Position numbers and translations under genes: made by a program. Under the pieces are notes generated by a model. The model was not told the DNA's origin, did not search any database, and saw nothing but the letters and a program-made list of their open reading frames with translations. Shown here piece by piece: positions 1 through 12,500 of a stretch of 64,000 nt of DNA; positions within the stretch are counted from its first letter, which is position 1; each line of letters starts with the position of its first letter. This DNA comes from Chiloscyllium plagiosum (lineage: Eukaryota). Location of the stretch: positions 34,286,501 to 34,350,500 of the forward strand of contig NC_057732.1 of NCBI RefSeq assembly GCF_004010195.1, written 5' to 3'.

Positions 1-766
1 GGGGGATGGAGGTGTATAGGGACTGGATGTCCATGGTGAAAATAAGGCATTGGGGGTCGGGGAAATGAAAATCATGGAGGAGGTGAAGGGCGAGGGTGGT
101 GTCCCGAACTTAGGTGGGGAGTTCTTGGACTAAGGGGGACAGGACCGTGTCGAGGTATGCAGAGATGAGTTCGGTGGGGCAGGAGCAGGCTGAGACAATG
201 GGTCAGCTGGGGCAGTCAGGTTTGTGAATTTTGGGCAGGAGGTAGAAACGGGCGGTGTGGGGTTGTGGGACCATGAGGTTGGAGGCGGTGGATGGGGGAT
301 CCCCTGAGGTGATGAGGTTCTGGATGGTCTGGGAGATGATGGTTTGGTGGTGGGAGGAGGGGTCATGGATGGTTTGGTGGTGGGAGCTGGGGTCATGGTC
401 AAGGGGGCAGTAGGAGGAAGTGTCTGCGAGCTGGCGTTTAGCCTCAGCAATGTAAAGATCGGTGCGCCAAACTACCACTGCGCCTCCCTTGTCTGCCGGT
501 TTGATGCTGAGATTGGGGTTGGAGCGAAGGGAGTGGAGGGCTGCATGTTGCGAGGTTGGAGTGGGTGAGAGGGGTGGACAGGTTGAGTCGGTCAATGTTG
601 CGGCGGCAGTTGGCTATGAAGAGTTCGAGGGCTTGGCACACCTTCCTCATTCCTGAAGAAGGGCTTATGCCTGAAACGTCGATTCTCCTGATCCTTGGAT
701 GCTGCCTGGCCTGCTGTGCTTTTCCAGCAACACATCTTTCAGCTCTGATCTCCTCACTTTCTCCTA
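1..766 (-). mobile_element. Penelope-like element: RT fragment (1 to about 640, -) with inverted pLTR piece (about 640-766, +)
   Basis: Translation LRSNPNLSIKPADKGGAVVVW...ARFYLLPKIHKPDCP is typical of PLE RT. Hammerhead-like core at 653-680. Confidence 0.85.
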
Positions 767-1041
767 CAAGCCTCTGGAGCCCTCCGTTTGTGGACTTCCA
801 ATACAGTGCACACATGGAGATTCAAATCAATTCAGCTGGAAACAATGGATGCACCATGGAATTATTTGTCTCACTGGAATGTGTTTTGATACTGAAAAGA
901 TTGGGAATTGCTAAGCGATATCAGGCGGACTGCAGCAGTAAGAGGCAGATCACTATCACATTCACAAAGGCAACGATGGATGGGTAACAACTATTTGTTT
1001 AATATTTATTCATAGGAAAAACCAAAAAGGAGTAATCACGT

Positions 1042-1182
1042 GTATAAGTTCGCTCACTGAGCTGGCAGATTTGTTTTCAGATGTTTCATCACCGTGACTA
1101 GGTAACATCATCAGTGAGAGTCTCTGGTGAAGTGTTGGTGGTATGTCCCGCCTCTCTTATTTATAGGTCTTAGTTTCTTAAA
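1042..1182 (-). mobile_element. PLE pLTR fragment inserted in the CR1
   Basis: Similar to the 3' end of the 5455-5932 element. Hammerhead core 1080-1114 (-). Flanked by a 16-bp duplication at 1026-1041 / 1180-1195 with 2 mismatches. Confidence 0.75.
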
Positions 1183-1329
1183 GGAATAATCATGTTGCTG
1201 GGAATATGCTACAGGCCTCCAGACAGCCAGAGAGGCCTGTAGCATATTCCCAGCAACATGATTATTCCTTTAAGAAACTAAGACCTATAAATAAGAGAGG
1301 CGGGACATACCACCAGCACTTCACCAGAG
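1122..1329. repeat. long inverted repeat, 98-bp arms, 12-nt loop
   Basis: 1122-1219 is the reverse complement of 1232-1329 with one mismatch. Confidence 0.95.
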
Positions 1330-4300
1330 CAGGTGTGTCGGCAAATTTCAGAGAAGTGTAAAATGGGTAGTGACAGTGGGGGATTTCAACTGTCCCAGAT
1401 TAACTGAAGGTAGTCATAGTGTGAAAGGTATGTATGAGGTTATAAATGAGAGAGGTGGTCCTGGACTTAATTTTAGGTAATAAAGCTGGTTAAGTGGTTG
1501 AAATATCAGTAGGGGAGCAATTTGTGGACAGTAACAATCGTTAGACACAAGATTGTTCTGGAAAAGGGCAGGGATGGCTTGAAATCAAAGTTCTACTCTG
1601 GGGAAAGGCTGATTTTAATAAAGTGAGTTAAGTAAATCTGTTTTAGAGCAATGGGAAGAATTCAAGAAGGAAATGTTCCAATAAGAAAAAAGATAGAATC
1701 AACAAAACCAGCAAACCCTGAATATCAAGGGATGTACAGGATTGGATAAAGACAAAGAAGAAGGCTACTGGCAAATACCAAGGACTCAAAACCCCAGAAG
1801 CCCAGAGGAGCATAGAATGTTCATGAGGGAATTTAAAAAGGAATTTAGGAGAGCAAAAAGGGGGCACGAAAGTTATTTTTAAAATACATTGAGGCTAAAA
1901 GGATAACTAAGGAAAGAGTTGGGTCCATTCAGTCTCACAGGGTTAATTTGTGTGAGGCGCTGGAAGACATAGATAGGGTTCTACATGAATACTTTGTGTC
2001 AGTGTTTACGAGTGAGAGGGATGATATCAAACAAAAAGTTTGTGATATAATTAAAGAAATTAGCATAGACAAAGCAGGGGTTCTGAGTGGTCTGGCAGGC
2101 TTAAAAGTAGATAAATATCGAGGGCCAAATTAAATGTATCACAGGAGCTTTTAAGGAATCAAAGGAGAGAATAGCAGGAGTAGGGCAATAGTTTTCAAAT
2201 TCTCTCTAGCCAATAGGAGCCGTGCCAGAGGACTGGAAGACAGTCAATGCCGTACTGTTATTCAAGAAGGGAACAAATGATAAACCAAGAAACTACAGGC
2301 CTGTCAGTTTAACCTCAGTGGTGGGGAAACTATTGGAAGCAATTCTGAGGAGCAGAATTAATTTGTACTTGGAGAAGGTAAGACTATTCAAAAACAGTCA
2401 GCATAGCGTGAAAAGGGGAAGGTTATGTCTGACCAACTTGATTGAATTTTCTGGAGAGGAAACCAGATGTGTAGAGAGGTCAATTCATGTATGTCTTCTT
2501 GGACTTCAGCAAGGCCTTTGATAAGGTCCTGCATGGAAGACTGATGGCAAAAGTAAAAGCCGATGGGATCAAAGGAAAGTTGACAAATTGGATCCAAAAT
2601 TGGGTGAGTGGCAGGAAGCAGGGGGTGATGGTCAGGAATGGGGGGTGGAGTGTTTTCATGATTGGAAGCCCATGTTGAGTGGGGTCCTGTGGGAATCAGT
2701 GTTGGGGCCCTCGATTTTTTGGAATGCATGAATGAGTTAGACTTGAATGTCGGAAGGTTGATCATTAAGTTTGCAGATGATATAAAAATTGGTGGGGAGA
2801 TAAATTCTGAGGAAGATACCCTGAGATTACAAGAGGATACAGATGGGCTGATCAGATGGGCTGATTACTGACAAATGAATTGAATCCAGATAATTATGAG
2901 GTGATGTCCTGGGCCAGGACAAACAAAGACAAGAGAATATGTGATAAATGGTAAGATACTGGAAGATCAGAGGGACTTGGTGTGCATTTCCAACAGTCCC
3001 TAAACATAACAGGACAGGATAAAATGGATAAAATTCTTAAGAAGACATATGGCATATTTGCCTTTGTTAGCCGAGGCATAGAGTTTAAGAGCAAGGAGCT
3101 TATAATGGAATTGTACAAAACTTTGGTTAGATCATAGATAGGGTATTGCAATCAGTTTTGGAATCTACATTATAGGAGAGATGTGACTGCACTGGAGGGC
3201 GTAAAGGAGATTTACTGGGATGTCACCTGGGCTGGAGAGTTGGTTATGAAGAGAGATTGGATAGGTTGAGGTTGTTTTCCTGGGAAGAGAGGAGACTGAG
3301 GTGGAACATGATTGAGATGTATAAGTTATGAGGGTCATAGACAGGGTTGACAGGAAGAGACTTTTCTGTTGCTGGAGGAATCAATGACCAAAGGGCATGG
3401 ATTTAAGAGGGTAGAAGATTTAGAAAGGATGTGGGGGAAAGATTTTTTTCACCTAGACGGTGGTGAGAATCTGGAACTAACCACCTGTTAAACTGGCATA
3501 AACTCTTGTAACATTTAAGGAATATTTAGATGTGCACTTGCGATATCAAGCCATACAAGCAATAGGCTAAACGATGGGAAATAGGATTAGAACATCATGA
3601 TTTGACTGTGCAGACTTGTTGGGCTGAGAGTCTTTTTCTGTACTGTAGACAGTATGACTCTACGATCTGGGCATCATTGGTTGGGTTAGCATTTATTCCC
3701 CATTCTTAATTCCCCAGAGGGTAGTTAAGCATAAACCACATTGCTGTGGGTTGGGAGCGACATGTAGGTCAGAGCAGATAGGATGGCAGATAGGATAGAT
3801 TTCCCTCCTTCAAGGCTGTTTAAAAAATCAGTTTGATTTTTAGCAAATTTAAAAGTGGCTACATGTTTGTCATTAGGCTTGTTTCGTAACCCATTGTTAT
3901 ATTGAATTCTAATTTCATCAGCTACCATGGTGAGATTAGAACCCAGAGCATTAGCCTGGGATTCTGCATGATCAGTGCAATGTCATTGCCATTCTGCTAC
4001 TTCCTCCCCTGAAATGCTGGCCTGGTTCAGCCTAGAATCCCAAACCCAATTAACGAATAAACAAAAGCAGATAGTTATACTGAAATGCATTTGCCAATTG
4101 TGCCCCATTCTGCACACATATTAATTTTTGTTGTATTATATTCAACTCAGTATTGACCGAATCCCCCAACTTGATGTAATTGTATTTTGAATTCACATCC
4201 AAATTATTAATGTACATCATGAACAACAGTGTTTGCAGCACCATTTCTTCTCAGCACCAGTTCCTACTTTTTCATCTGAATAAGTACTTTTAATCTCTGC

Positions 4301-4948
4301 TTTGTTTTCTGTTTTATAACCAGTTTGTGATCCATTACACTTCCTGGCTCCCATGTTCTAACATGAATCTCCTTTATGGTATCTTACTGAAGGCCTTTGG
4401 AAAATACAAATAAGTCACCTCTATTATATTACCCTCATCCTATTTTATGTGTTACTTCTTTGAATAATTCCGTTATGCTTATCGAGCAATACCCTTCCTT
4501 TTGAACGGTGTACTAATTTTATTATGTTTTTAATTTCGTAATATTCCTCTGTTAAATCTTTGATAAAGGATTCCATTATCTTTCAATCACTGCCAAGAAT
4601 CTAATCAACTTTATCTTTTTTCTAATCTGTCAGATAAACAATAGCCGCTTTTTGCACTAATTCCCTTTCCTAGTGAAAATTTATGTTCAGGTAATAATGT
4701 GTCTTATGTCTTCCACAACTTATTTTAATCTCTGCTAATGAAATCCATCCAGACTAACCTTTGGCTCACTTCTCAAATTCGTTTACATAGTTTTCTCTGA
4801 CCCCTTCTCCCCCTTCTGCAAATCGTTCCTTCGCATTATGCCCTTGCAGAGTGATTGAGACATTCATGTGCTTTGTCCCATTTCATATGAATTCTGTTTC
4901 TATGTTAATATTAATTATGTGTTTTTTCTCATGCCACATTATCTCTAA

Positions 4949-5167
4949 TTAAAAATCACACAACACCAGGTTATAGTCCAAAAGGTTTAATTGGAAGCAC
5001 ACTAGCTTTCGGAGCGACGCTCCTTCCTCAGGTGATTGTGATCACCTGATGAAGGAGCGATGCTCCGAAAGCTAGTGTGCTTCCAATTAAACCTGTTGGA
5101 CTATAACCTGGTGTTGTGTGATTTTTAACTTTGTACACCCCAGTCCAACACTGGCATCTCCGAATCA
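4949..5167 (+). mobile_element. palindromic PLE-derived short element with hammerhead motif
   Basis: 88-bp inverted arms 4949-5036 / 5041-5128. TSD tatctctaatta at 4940 / 5168. Confidence 0.85.
5043..5077 (+). ncRNA. minimal hammerhead ribozyme motif (AGCT stem III)
   Basis: cac CTGATGA A GGAGC gat GCTCC GAAA GCTA gtg. Confidence 0.7.
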
Positions 5168-5454
5168 TATCTCTAATTAGTTCAGCTGGCTACAGCATTT
5201 TCTTCCTTGTCTCTCTTTCTAAATGTGTGAAAGCCTGCAATATTTAACCACCAGTCCTATTTTTTATTAAACCATGGTTCAGTTTTCCCTGCACTTATAC
5301 ATCCTTACTGTAGATTATTGCCTCCAGCTGAGCCTTTCTTTGTGTGTTCTTTTCATTGTGATGTGTACAGTTACGTTTTCAAACTGCAAACTGTCTACTC
5401 TGTTAGAAGTAAATCATTTGGTCATTGGCTTAAAGTGATGAACAACAATAAACA

Positions 5455-5932
5455 CAAAAAAAAACACCATTTCGACTGGGACAACACATCTATCCTGGGA
5501 CAGGCTAAGCAAAGAAATGCCAGAGAAATCCAAGAGGCCTGGCACTCCAACCACAATGCCATTAACAAACACATAGATCTAGATCTGGGACAACACATCT
5601 ATCCTGGGACAGGCTAAGCAAAGAAATGCCAGAGAAATCCGAGAGGCCTGGCACTCCAACCACAACGCCATTAACAAACACATAGATCTAGATGCCATCT
5701 ATCAACCCCTCAGAAAACAAACAGGAAATGACATCACCACGAACCCCAGGAACCCATCCAGGAGAAAGATATAAATAGAAAGCAGGAGACAACAGCTTCG
5801 CTTCACTTGGAGGTCGCCACTGATGATGTTACCTAGCCAGGTAATGAAACGTCTGGATATCAAACCTACAGTTCAGCCAGCAAACCTACACCCTAAACCT
5901 CAACCTAAGCTCCAAAACCTTCACAAAACTTG
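5455..5932 (+). mobile_element. Penelope-like element 3' end (GIY-YIG C-terminus plus pLTR)
   Basis: HHFDWDNTSILGQAKQRNAREIQEAWHSNHNAINKHIDL. TSD caataaaca at 5446 / 5933. Internal 109-bp tandem duplication. Confidence 0.85.
5817..5856 (+). ncRNA. minimal hammerhead ribozyme motif (ACGT stem III)
   Basis: cca CTGATGA T GTTACC tagcca GGTAAT GAAA CGTC tgg. Confidence 0.72.
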
Positions 5933-6193
5933 CAATAAACATTATACTTATATCAACTTTAGCCTCCCAATTTAATGGAATATTCATACTTGAAATCGTT
6001 ATGAAACCATGCATAAGAAGAGATCTGAATATCAAACCTACAGTTCAGCCAGCAAACCTACACCCTAAACCTCAACCTAAGCTCCAAACCTTCACAAAAC
6101 TTGCAATAAACATTATACTTATATCAACTTTAGCCTCCCAATTTAATGGAATATTCATACTTGAAATCGTTATGAAACCATGCATAAGAAGAG
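5852..6193. repeat. tandem duplication of about 171 bp spanning the PLE end and its flank
   Basis: 5852-6022 is repeated at 6024-6193, nearly identical. Confidence 0.92.
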
Positions 6194-6379
6194 ACAGACA
6201 TACTCAGCCTGACCGCACAAAAACACGCTGATAGACACAAAATAGGCCGATACACACACAGAGCTCAAGATGGTGAACGGCTGTCTGTACTTTTTAGTAC
6301 GCAGTTGGAAGTGAGGTTATTAATAAGGTAAATCAACTGTGAGATGAAAGTGATATGGAGATAATTGATAAACTGCCCT

Positions 6380-6484
6380 CACAATCATTAACACACAATA
6401 TCGCTACAATCTAATGAAGAGTAAAAAGGTCACATTGTTGACCCTGAACATTGACCCTTACTCATCCGACAGAGAGCTATTTAA
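6380..6484 (+). promoter_or_regulatory. putative MIOX proximal promoter
   Basis: HNF1-like CACAATCATTAAC 6380-6392, nuclear-receptor half-sites 6427-6457 including DR1 TGAACA-T-TGACCC, TATA-like TATTTAA 6478-6484. Confidence 0.5.
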
Positions 6485-6527
6485 CTGCATGAGTTGAAGC
6501 TTGGACACACACATAATCTGCAGCACT

Positions 6528-6551
6528 ATGACGATTAGAGAACCACAGATG
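6528..6551 (+). CDS. MIOX: MIOX putative coding exon 1 (MTIREPQM)
   Basis: ATG at 6528, strong phase-0 donor ATG|GTGAGT at 6552 matching exon 2, TATA-like motif about 50 nt upstream. Little protein similarity, so inferred. Confidence 0.65.
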
Positions 6552-9500
6552 GTGAGTCTCTGGAGAAAACTGGGTTTTGAAACTTATAGTACAAATGCTG
6601 TGGTTGGGAGAGACAGAAAAACAGAGAGGACAAGTTAGAGACAGGGCAAGATAAAAAGAAAATGTGACAGATAGAGGGAGTAGGGCAAGGGAGAGAGATA
6701 GGAAGAGAGAAATAATCAGACAAGAAGAAATAGTAATTGAGAAAGCCCTAGATCTGTATGCAATACAGGCAGAGCCTTGGGTCCATCAGTCTCCTCTCTC
6801 TCTTGCTCTGCTATCATTCTAAATTTATTTGTCTCTCAGTTCTCTTGCTCCATCGCTGTTCTCCTTGTCTATCATCTCTTGTTCTCTCCTTCATCTCGAT
6901 AGCTCTCTTTATATTTCTCTCTCTCTCACTATGCCTCTCTTTTTCTGTTGCTTTCGTTCTGTATCTCATTCTCCACCTCTTGTTCTGTCACTCTCTCACT
7001 GTTGTTCGTATGCTTCCTGTATCTCTCAATCACTGCCACTCCATTTCTCACATCCTTTCCCTTTTGTTAATTTCAAAGCTCTTTTCTTTGCCATTTCTAA
7101 TTTTTCTGCCCATTTAAGCAACTTCAGCCTCCTGCCAAGAATTGTGTGAGGTCGGAATCAAGTAAGACCTGGAACAAGTGAAGATTGGGTAGGAATTAGT
7201 TTAGCCTGGAATCAGGTTAGATTAACAAAGGAATAAGCAATAATTGGGCAGAAATCCAGTGGAGCTGTGAACTAGACAAGAATCAGGCAGAGGATTAACT
7301 CCCTGACATCCCTCAGTTATTATTATATGACTAGGGAACATGGCACAAGTTTTGACAAAAACTGTTCCTAAAACAATTTAATAATTGATTCCCCTTTTGG
7401 GTATTTCTTGGTCTGTTTCTTTTATTGTAATTATTTTCAACCTCTGTGCTACTTGATCCTCAGATATGGGTTTACCCTTCAAATAATGGCTCGCTCCATG
7501 TTGTTCCAGACTGTGGGAGATAATGAACTCCCCCATGTTACAGGGCTCAGACTGTCAGAAAGACCAGCGTATTTAAAGAGGGGCTCCAACCTGTATCTCA
7601 AATTGATGTAAGAATCTGCAGCCACTAATGAAATGAGTTCTCCCCATGGTCCAAGCCATTAATTTTCCACCAAAAACAAAACACTTAAAATGTTATCTGG
7701 GTCACTTGTCTGGCTACTGTTTGCCAGATCCTGTTGCCACATTAACAAGTGAAATTCTTTGAATGTTAGCTGTTTTCTGAGAGATATGATCTGGTGTGAG
7801 ATAAATGAATCTTTCATTTGTATTCACTAACCAGTTGTTCATTGCAGAATTTAAAACTGACTGAGCCCTCAGGGCCGGTCCATGGCCTCACCGCAGCTTG
7901 GACCAACACTAAGAATCTGGCCACTTACAGGAACTTCAAGGTGAGTCCCAACATCATGGCAGATGGCACCAGGACAGAGAACAGAACTAGTGAGTGACAG
8001 GGAAGGGGAGGAGGGGGTGAGAGTTGGGGGCTGTTTGCTTCTGTGTGGGAATGGTACTGAGAGACCAGGGAGTCAATGGTATCAGGGTTTGGAGAAATGG
8101 GGCGGTGGACATAGTACCAGAAATCAGGTTTTGCAGGTCAGTATCTGGGTAAAAACAATGGCTGTAGATGCTGGAAACCAGATTCTGGATTAGTGGTGCT
8201 GGAAAAGCACAGCAGTTCCGGCAGCATCAAGGAGCAGTAAAATTGACGTTTCGAGCAAAAGCCCTTCATCAGGAATACAGGCAGAGCGCCTGAAAAGTGG
8301 AGAGAAAGTAGCATAGAGTACAATAGGTGAGTGGAGGAGGGGATGAAGGTGATAGGTTGGGGGCGAGGGGAAGGTGGAGTGGATAGGTGGAAAAGAAGAT
8401 AGGCAGGTAGGACAAGTCATGGGGACAGTGCTGAGCTGGAAGTTTGGAACTGGGGTGAGGTGGGGAAAGGGGAAATGAGGAAACTGTTGAAGTCCACATT
8501 GATGCCCAGGGGTTGAAGTGTTCCGAGGCGGAAGATGAGGCGATTTTACTGCTCCTTGGATGCTGCCTAAACTGTTGTGCTTTTCCAGCACCTCTCTAAT
8601 CCAGATCAATATCTAGGGCAATAGATTGTTACCGGGGAGAGTGTAGAAATACTGGGTAGGGGGCTGTTTGAATACTGGATGGGGGGGATCAAGAGTGTAG
8701 GAATATTGGGTAGAGGTATAGGAGAGAGGAGGGGAAGGAGGAGAGACAAATACCTGGGATTGATAAAGAGGCTGGAGGGATTGGAACAATACCTATGGGA
8801 AAAGAGCATTAATGGGAAGGGGGAGATGGCAATAATGGGAGGGGGAGGGGCAGTAACAGGAGGGGAGGGTCAGTAATGGGAGGGGGATATTGCAGTGTTG
8901 AGCAGGGATCAGTCATGGAGGGGGTGAGTGCAGTGTTGGGTAGGGCTCAGTCAGGGAGGGGAGATTGCAATGTTGGATTGGGAGCAGACCGGGAGAGGGT
9001 GAGTGCAGTGTTGGATAGGTTTCCTTCACGGAGGGGATGATTGCAGTGTTGGATTGGGATCAGTCAGGGAGGGGGAGATCGCAGTGTTGGTTAGGGCTCA
9101 GTCAGGGAGGGGGTAAGTGCAGTGTNNNNNNNNNNNNNNNNNNNNNNNNNNNNNNNNNNNNNNNNNNNNNNNNNNNNNNNNNNNNNNNNNNNNNNNNNNG
9201 GGAAGGGTCAGGAATGGGAGGGGGCATTAATGGGGAGGGGGGAGGCAGTAATGGGGAGGGGGGAGGCAGCACGAGCTGGAGCGTGGAGGAGTGATTAGAC
9301 GTTGCAGTGGTGGTGAGATGGGGTCAGATCCCAGCTTCCCTTCTGCAGGACGTATCTTCATGTGGAGAGGATTAAATGGCAAGTGTTTCCTCTTTGCCTT
9401 TGTTCAGTCTGGATTGCTCCAGGAACGGGTACTGAACACGTATCGGCTGATGCACACTAACCAGACAGTGGAATTTGTTACCAAGAAGGTGAGTGGTTCA

Positions 9501-12500
9501 TCAAGACCATCGAGATCCTGGGATCTCAGTCAATGTCATTTCAAATACACCTTAGAATTAGACAGCTCTGAAAGAAATCATTTAACACATGCATGTGCCA
9601 ACTCTTTAATAGAGCTATTCAATTAGTCCCGCTCCATGCTCTTTCCCCATTCCTGTAATTGTTTTTATTCAATTCGCTTTTGAAAATTACAATTAAATTG
9701 CTTCCACCACTTTTTCAAGTTGCGCATTCAACTTTATGCCTAAAATATACTTCCTGCTAAATTGCCCTTCCTTTAATTTTTGCTGTGTGGATCTCCAGCT
9801 CTGTGCATGGCTGTGACTTTCTGAACTGGAAGTCAATGGGCCCACATTCTTACTGACATACATTGACCCTCCAAGCAGCTGCGCAGACCTACGGCTTATA
9901 GCGAACATTGGTTATGTAGCCTCTGGTACTTTCACCAATCATTTCCTCTGGCTACTGACCCATTTGTTATTGGAAATAATTTATCCTCACAAACTACCAA
10001 AATTCTTCATGTCCTTGAATGCCTCTTTAAGTTCTCTTGGCAATCTTCTTTCTGGTAGGAGAACCAATGAGACAAGCACACAATTTCCATCATCCTTGCA
10101 GTAATGCTGAGTGATGAACCTGAAAAAATTCATAAATAGTTTTCAACCAAAATGTATCACCTAATAATTCTCTGAATTAAGATTAATGACTATGTGTGAT
10201 TTCATCAGTTAATTTAATCAGTTTATGACTGGTACCTCTGGTATTCTCTTCTTTGGTGTTTGCCACATTTGAATTCCATGCCATTTGCAAACTTAAGTTG
10301 TGCTTTGCATGTTCAAGGACAGGTCATTAATATAGATCAAAAAGACCATTAGTCCTAATATTTACCACTGTACACTTCACTCCAATCTCTCTGCTTTCTG
10401 TCCTTTAGACAATTTTGCACCCACAGCCACTGACCCTTGAATTACGTGGGCTTTAATTTTGCTAACAAGTCTATTTTGTGATGATTTTAACTGCATATGT
10501 CAACCCTCCCTCCTGTCATCATAAAATTTTGACCAAGTTAATAAATACACTTCGCCTTTTTCAAATCAATGCTGGCTTTCACTTTTTAGCCCATACTCTT
10601 CCAAGTGCCAATTAATTTTGTCCCAGATTATTGTCTCTAAATGTTTCCCCAAAATATTAATGTTATGTAGATGGTGTGCATTTACTGGGTTTTATCTCAC
10701 AGCCCTTTTTTGAACAAAGGCGTAGTGTTTTCAATTCTCCAGCCCTTTGGCACCAAGGCCTTAATGAAGAAAGTGTATTCAGAGCCTCTGGAATTTGTAA
10801 CCTTGGTCTCTTCAGTAATCAATTCAGATTAGATGACTTTGGCACTTTGAGTACAGCCAACTTTTTACACTTTTTCATACCATGAATCCAATATTGCTAT
10901 TTCCTTCCTCTTTGCTGCTGCACTGTCAATATTCTCTTAGGTGAAGATTGATCTAAAATAATTATTTACTGCATTTTCCTCCACAAAAAGATTTCCTTTT
11001 CAATCCCGAGTCAATCCCCACATTTATCCTTCCTTAGAATACCCTTTCACTACGTTTGTAAGACTTTGGAATTCCCTTCAATGTAACTCACTAATGTTTT
11101 CCTCACTTTGTCTCTCATTTCAGTTTTCAATTGCCCACTATATTTCGCTTCTCTACTGAATTATTATACATATAGGCAACAATTATTATAATTTATTATT
11201 TAATTTCGATCTCTCCACCCATAGTAATCCAGTGAGATCTAGCATTGGATGCCTTTCTTTTCTGCTTCATGTGAATGTGTTCAAACTTCCACCTTTTTGA
11301 AGTCTTCCCCTTTGCAATTTTTACCAGCTTTGATTCTAACGCACCTCAGCCAAATTCTTTATTATTTGAAACTTTTTGTCTTCATTCTTATTTTGATTCT
11401 TGATAAACCCTGATAGACAGGTGAACAATGGTTGGAAGGGGTGCTTAACTCAATGGCATTTGAGCTATTGAAGAACCAGCCAGATGGGATTGTGGGTGGT
11501 GTATCGGATCTATATGGGGGTTTGAGTGACTGAATAATGATGTTTGAATAATCAATTGAGCTGGTGTGTTGAGTTGTTTTTTGTTGCGTCTCATATTTTA
11601 GATTGCACGATGGGGCTCATGTTCACAGGCTCAGATGACAGTGATGGAAGCTCTTCAAGCACTTGATCAGATAGTGGATGAATCTGATCCTGATGTTGAT
11701 TTTCCAAATTCTTTCCATGCCTACCAAACAGCAGAAGAAATTCGGAAGGTCTATCCTGACCTGGGTAAACTATTTAACTCTTCTGAAGGAGAGGCTGCTG
11801 GGAATGAATGGAGAGTACAGACACATAACATACACAGGCACATCGCATACACAAATATGTAGAGAGAGGTAAGCACAAAAAAAAGGACTCATAGTCAAAC
11901 ACACATTGAAACATAAGTAGACAAACTCAGGAAGATACATACAGACAGTTAGAAACAAGATTCGGAGATGCCAGTGTTGGACTGGGGTGTACAAAGTTAA
12001 AAATCACACAACACCAGGTTATAGTCCAACAGGTTTAATTGGAAGCACGCTAGCTAATTTTGCTCCGAAAGCTAGTGTGCTTCCAATTAAACCTGTTGGA
12101 CTATAACCTGGTGTTGTGTGATTTTTAACGTTAGAAACAAGGACACAGACAGAAGTAAACACATGTAGGTGTGAAAGTGTGGTTCTGTAAAGTTTGGAGC
12201 ATCACATGACATAATGTTTGAATTGGCACTCCTTCAGCGCTTTTACAGTGCTGTCCTATGATGGTGCAGTTCTCAGCAGGTGCTGTTGGCTTAGTATGCC
12301 CTTAGTAGTCTCTCGAAAAATGTATCACTCCTTCCATTAAACTCCTCCTGCAGTGCTCCCTCATCACTGCCCACATCAAATCAAAGTACCTTCTCTGGTA
12401 TTGTCTCACAAAGTGCAACGCTCCCTCAATACTACCTGACAATGCAGCACAATGGTGGTGTGGATTGATGAAGTTTAGGGAATTATGAGATGCTGCAATT

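Larger units (their letters stand above)
1000..3665 (+). mobile_element. degenerate CR1-type LINE ORF2 plus 3' tail
   Basis: PEDWKTVNAVLLFKKG...NYRPVSLTSVVGKLLE, LDFSKAFDKV, KFADDIK, with many stops and frameshifts. Confidence 0.9.

Noticed and set aside
6600-7120. Hydrophobic Leu/Ser-rich ORFs and purine/pyrimidine strand asymmetry
   Set aside because: Low-complexity GA- and CT-rich sequence in MIOX intron 1 with no protein motif.
7882-7940. ATG inside MIOX exon 2 as a possible start
   Set aside because: Out of frame with YRNFK and with exon 3.
8880-9125. Regularly spaced repeats resembling an array
   Set aside because: A degenerate minisatellite without unique spacers in eukaryotic DNA, not CRISPR.
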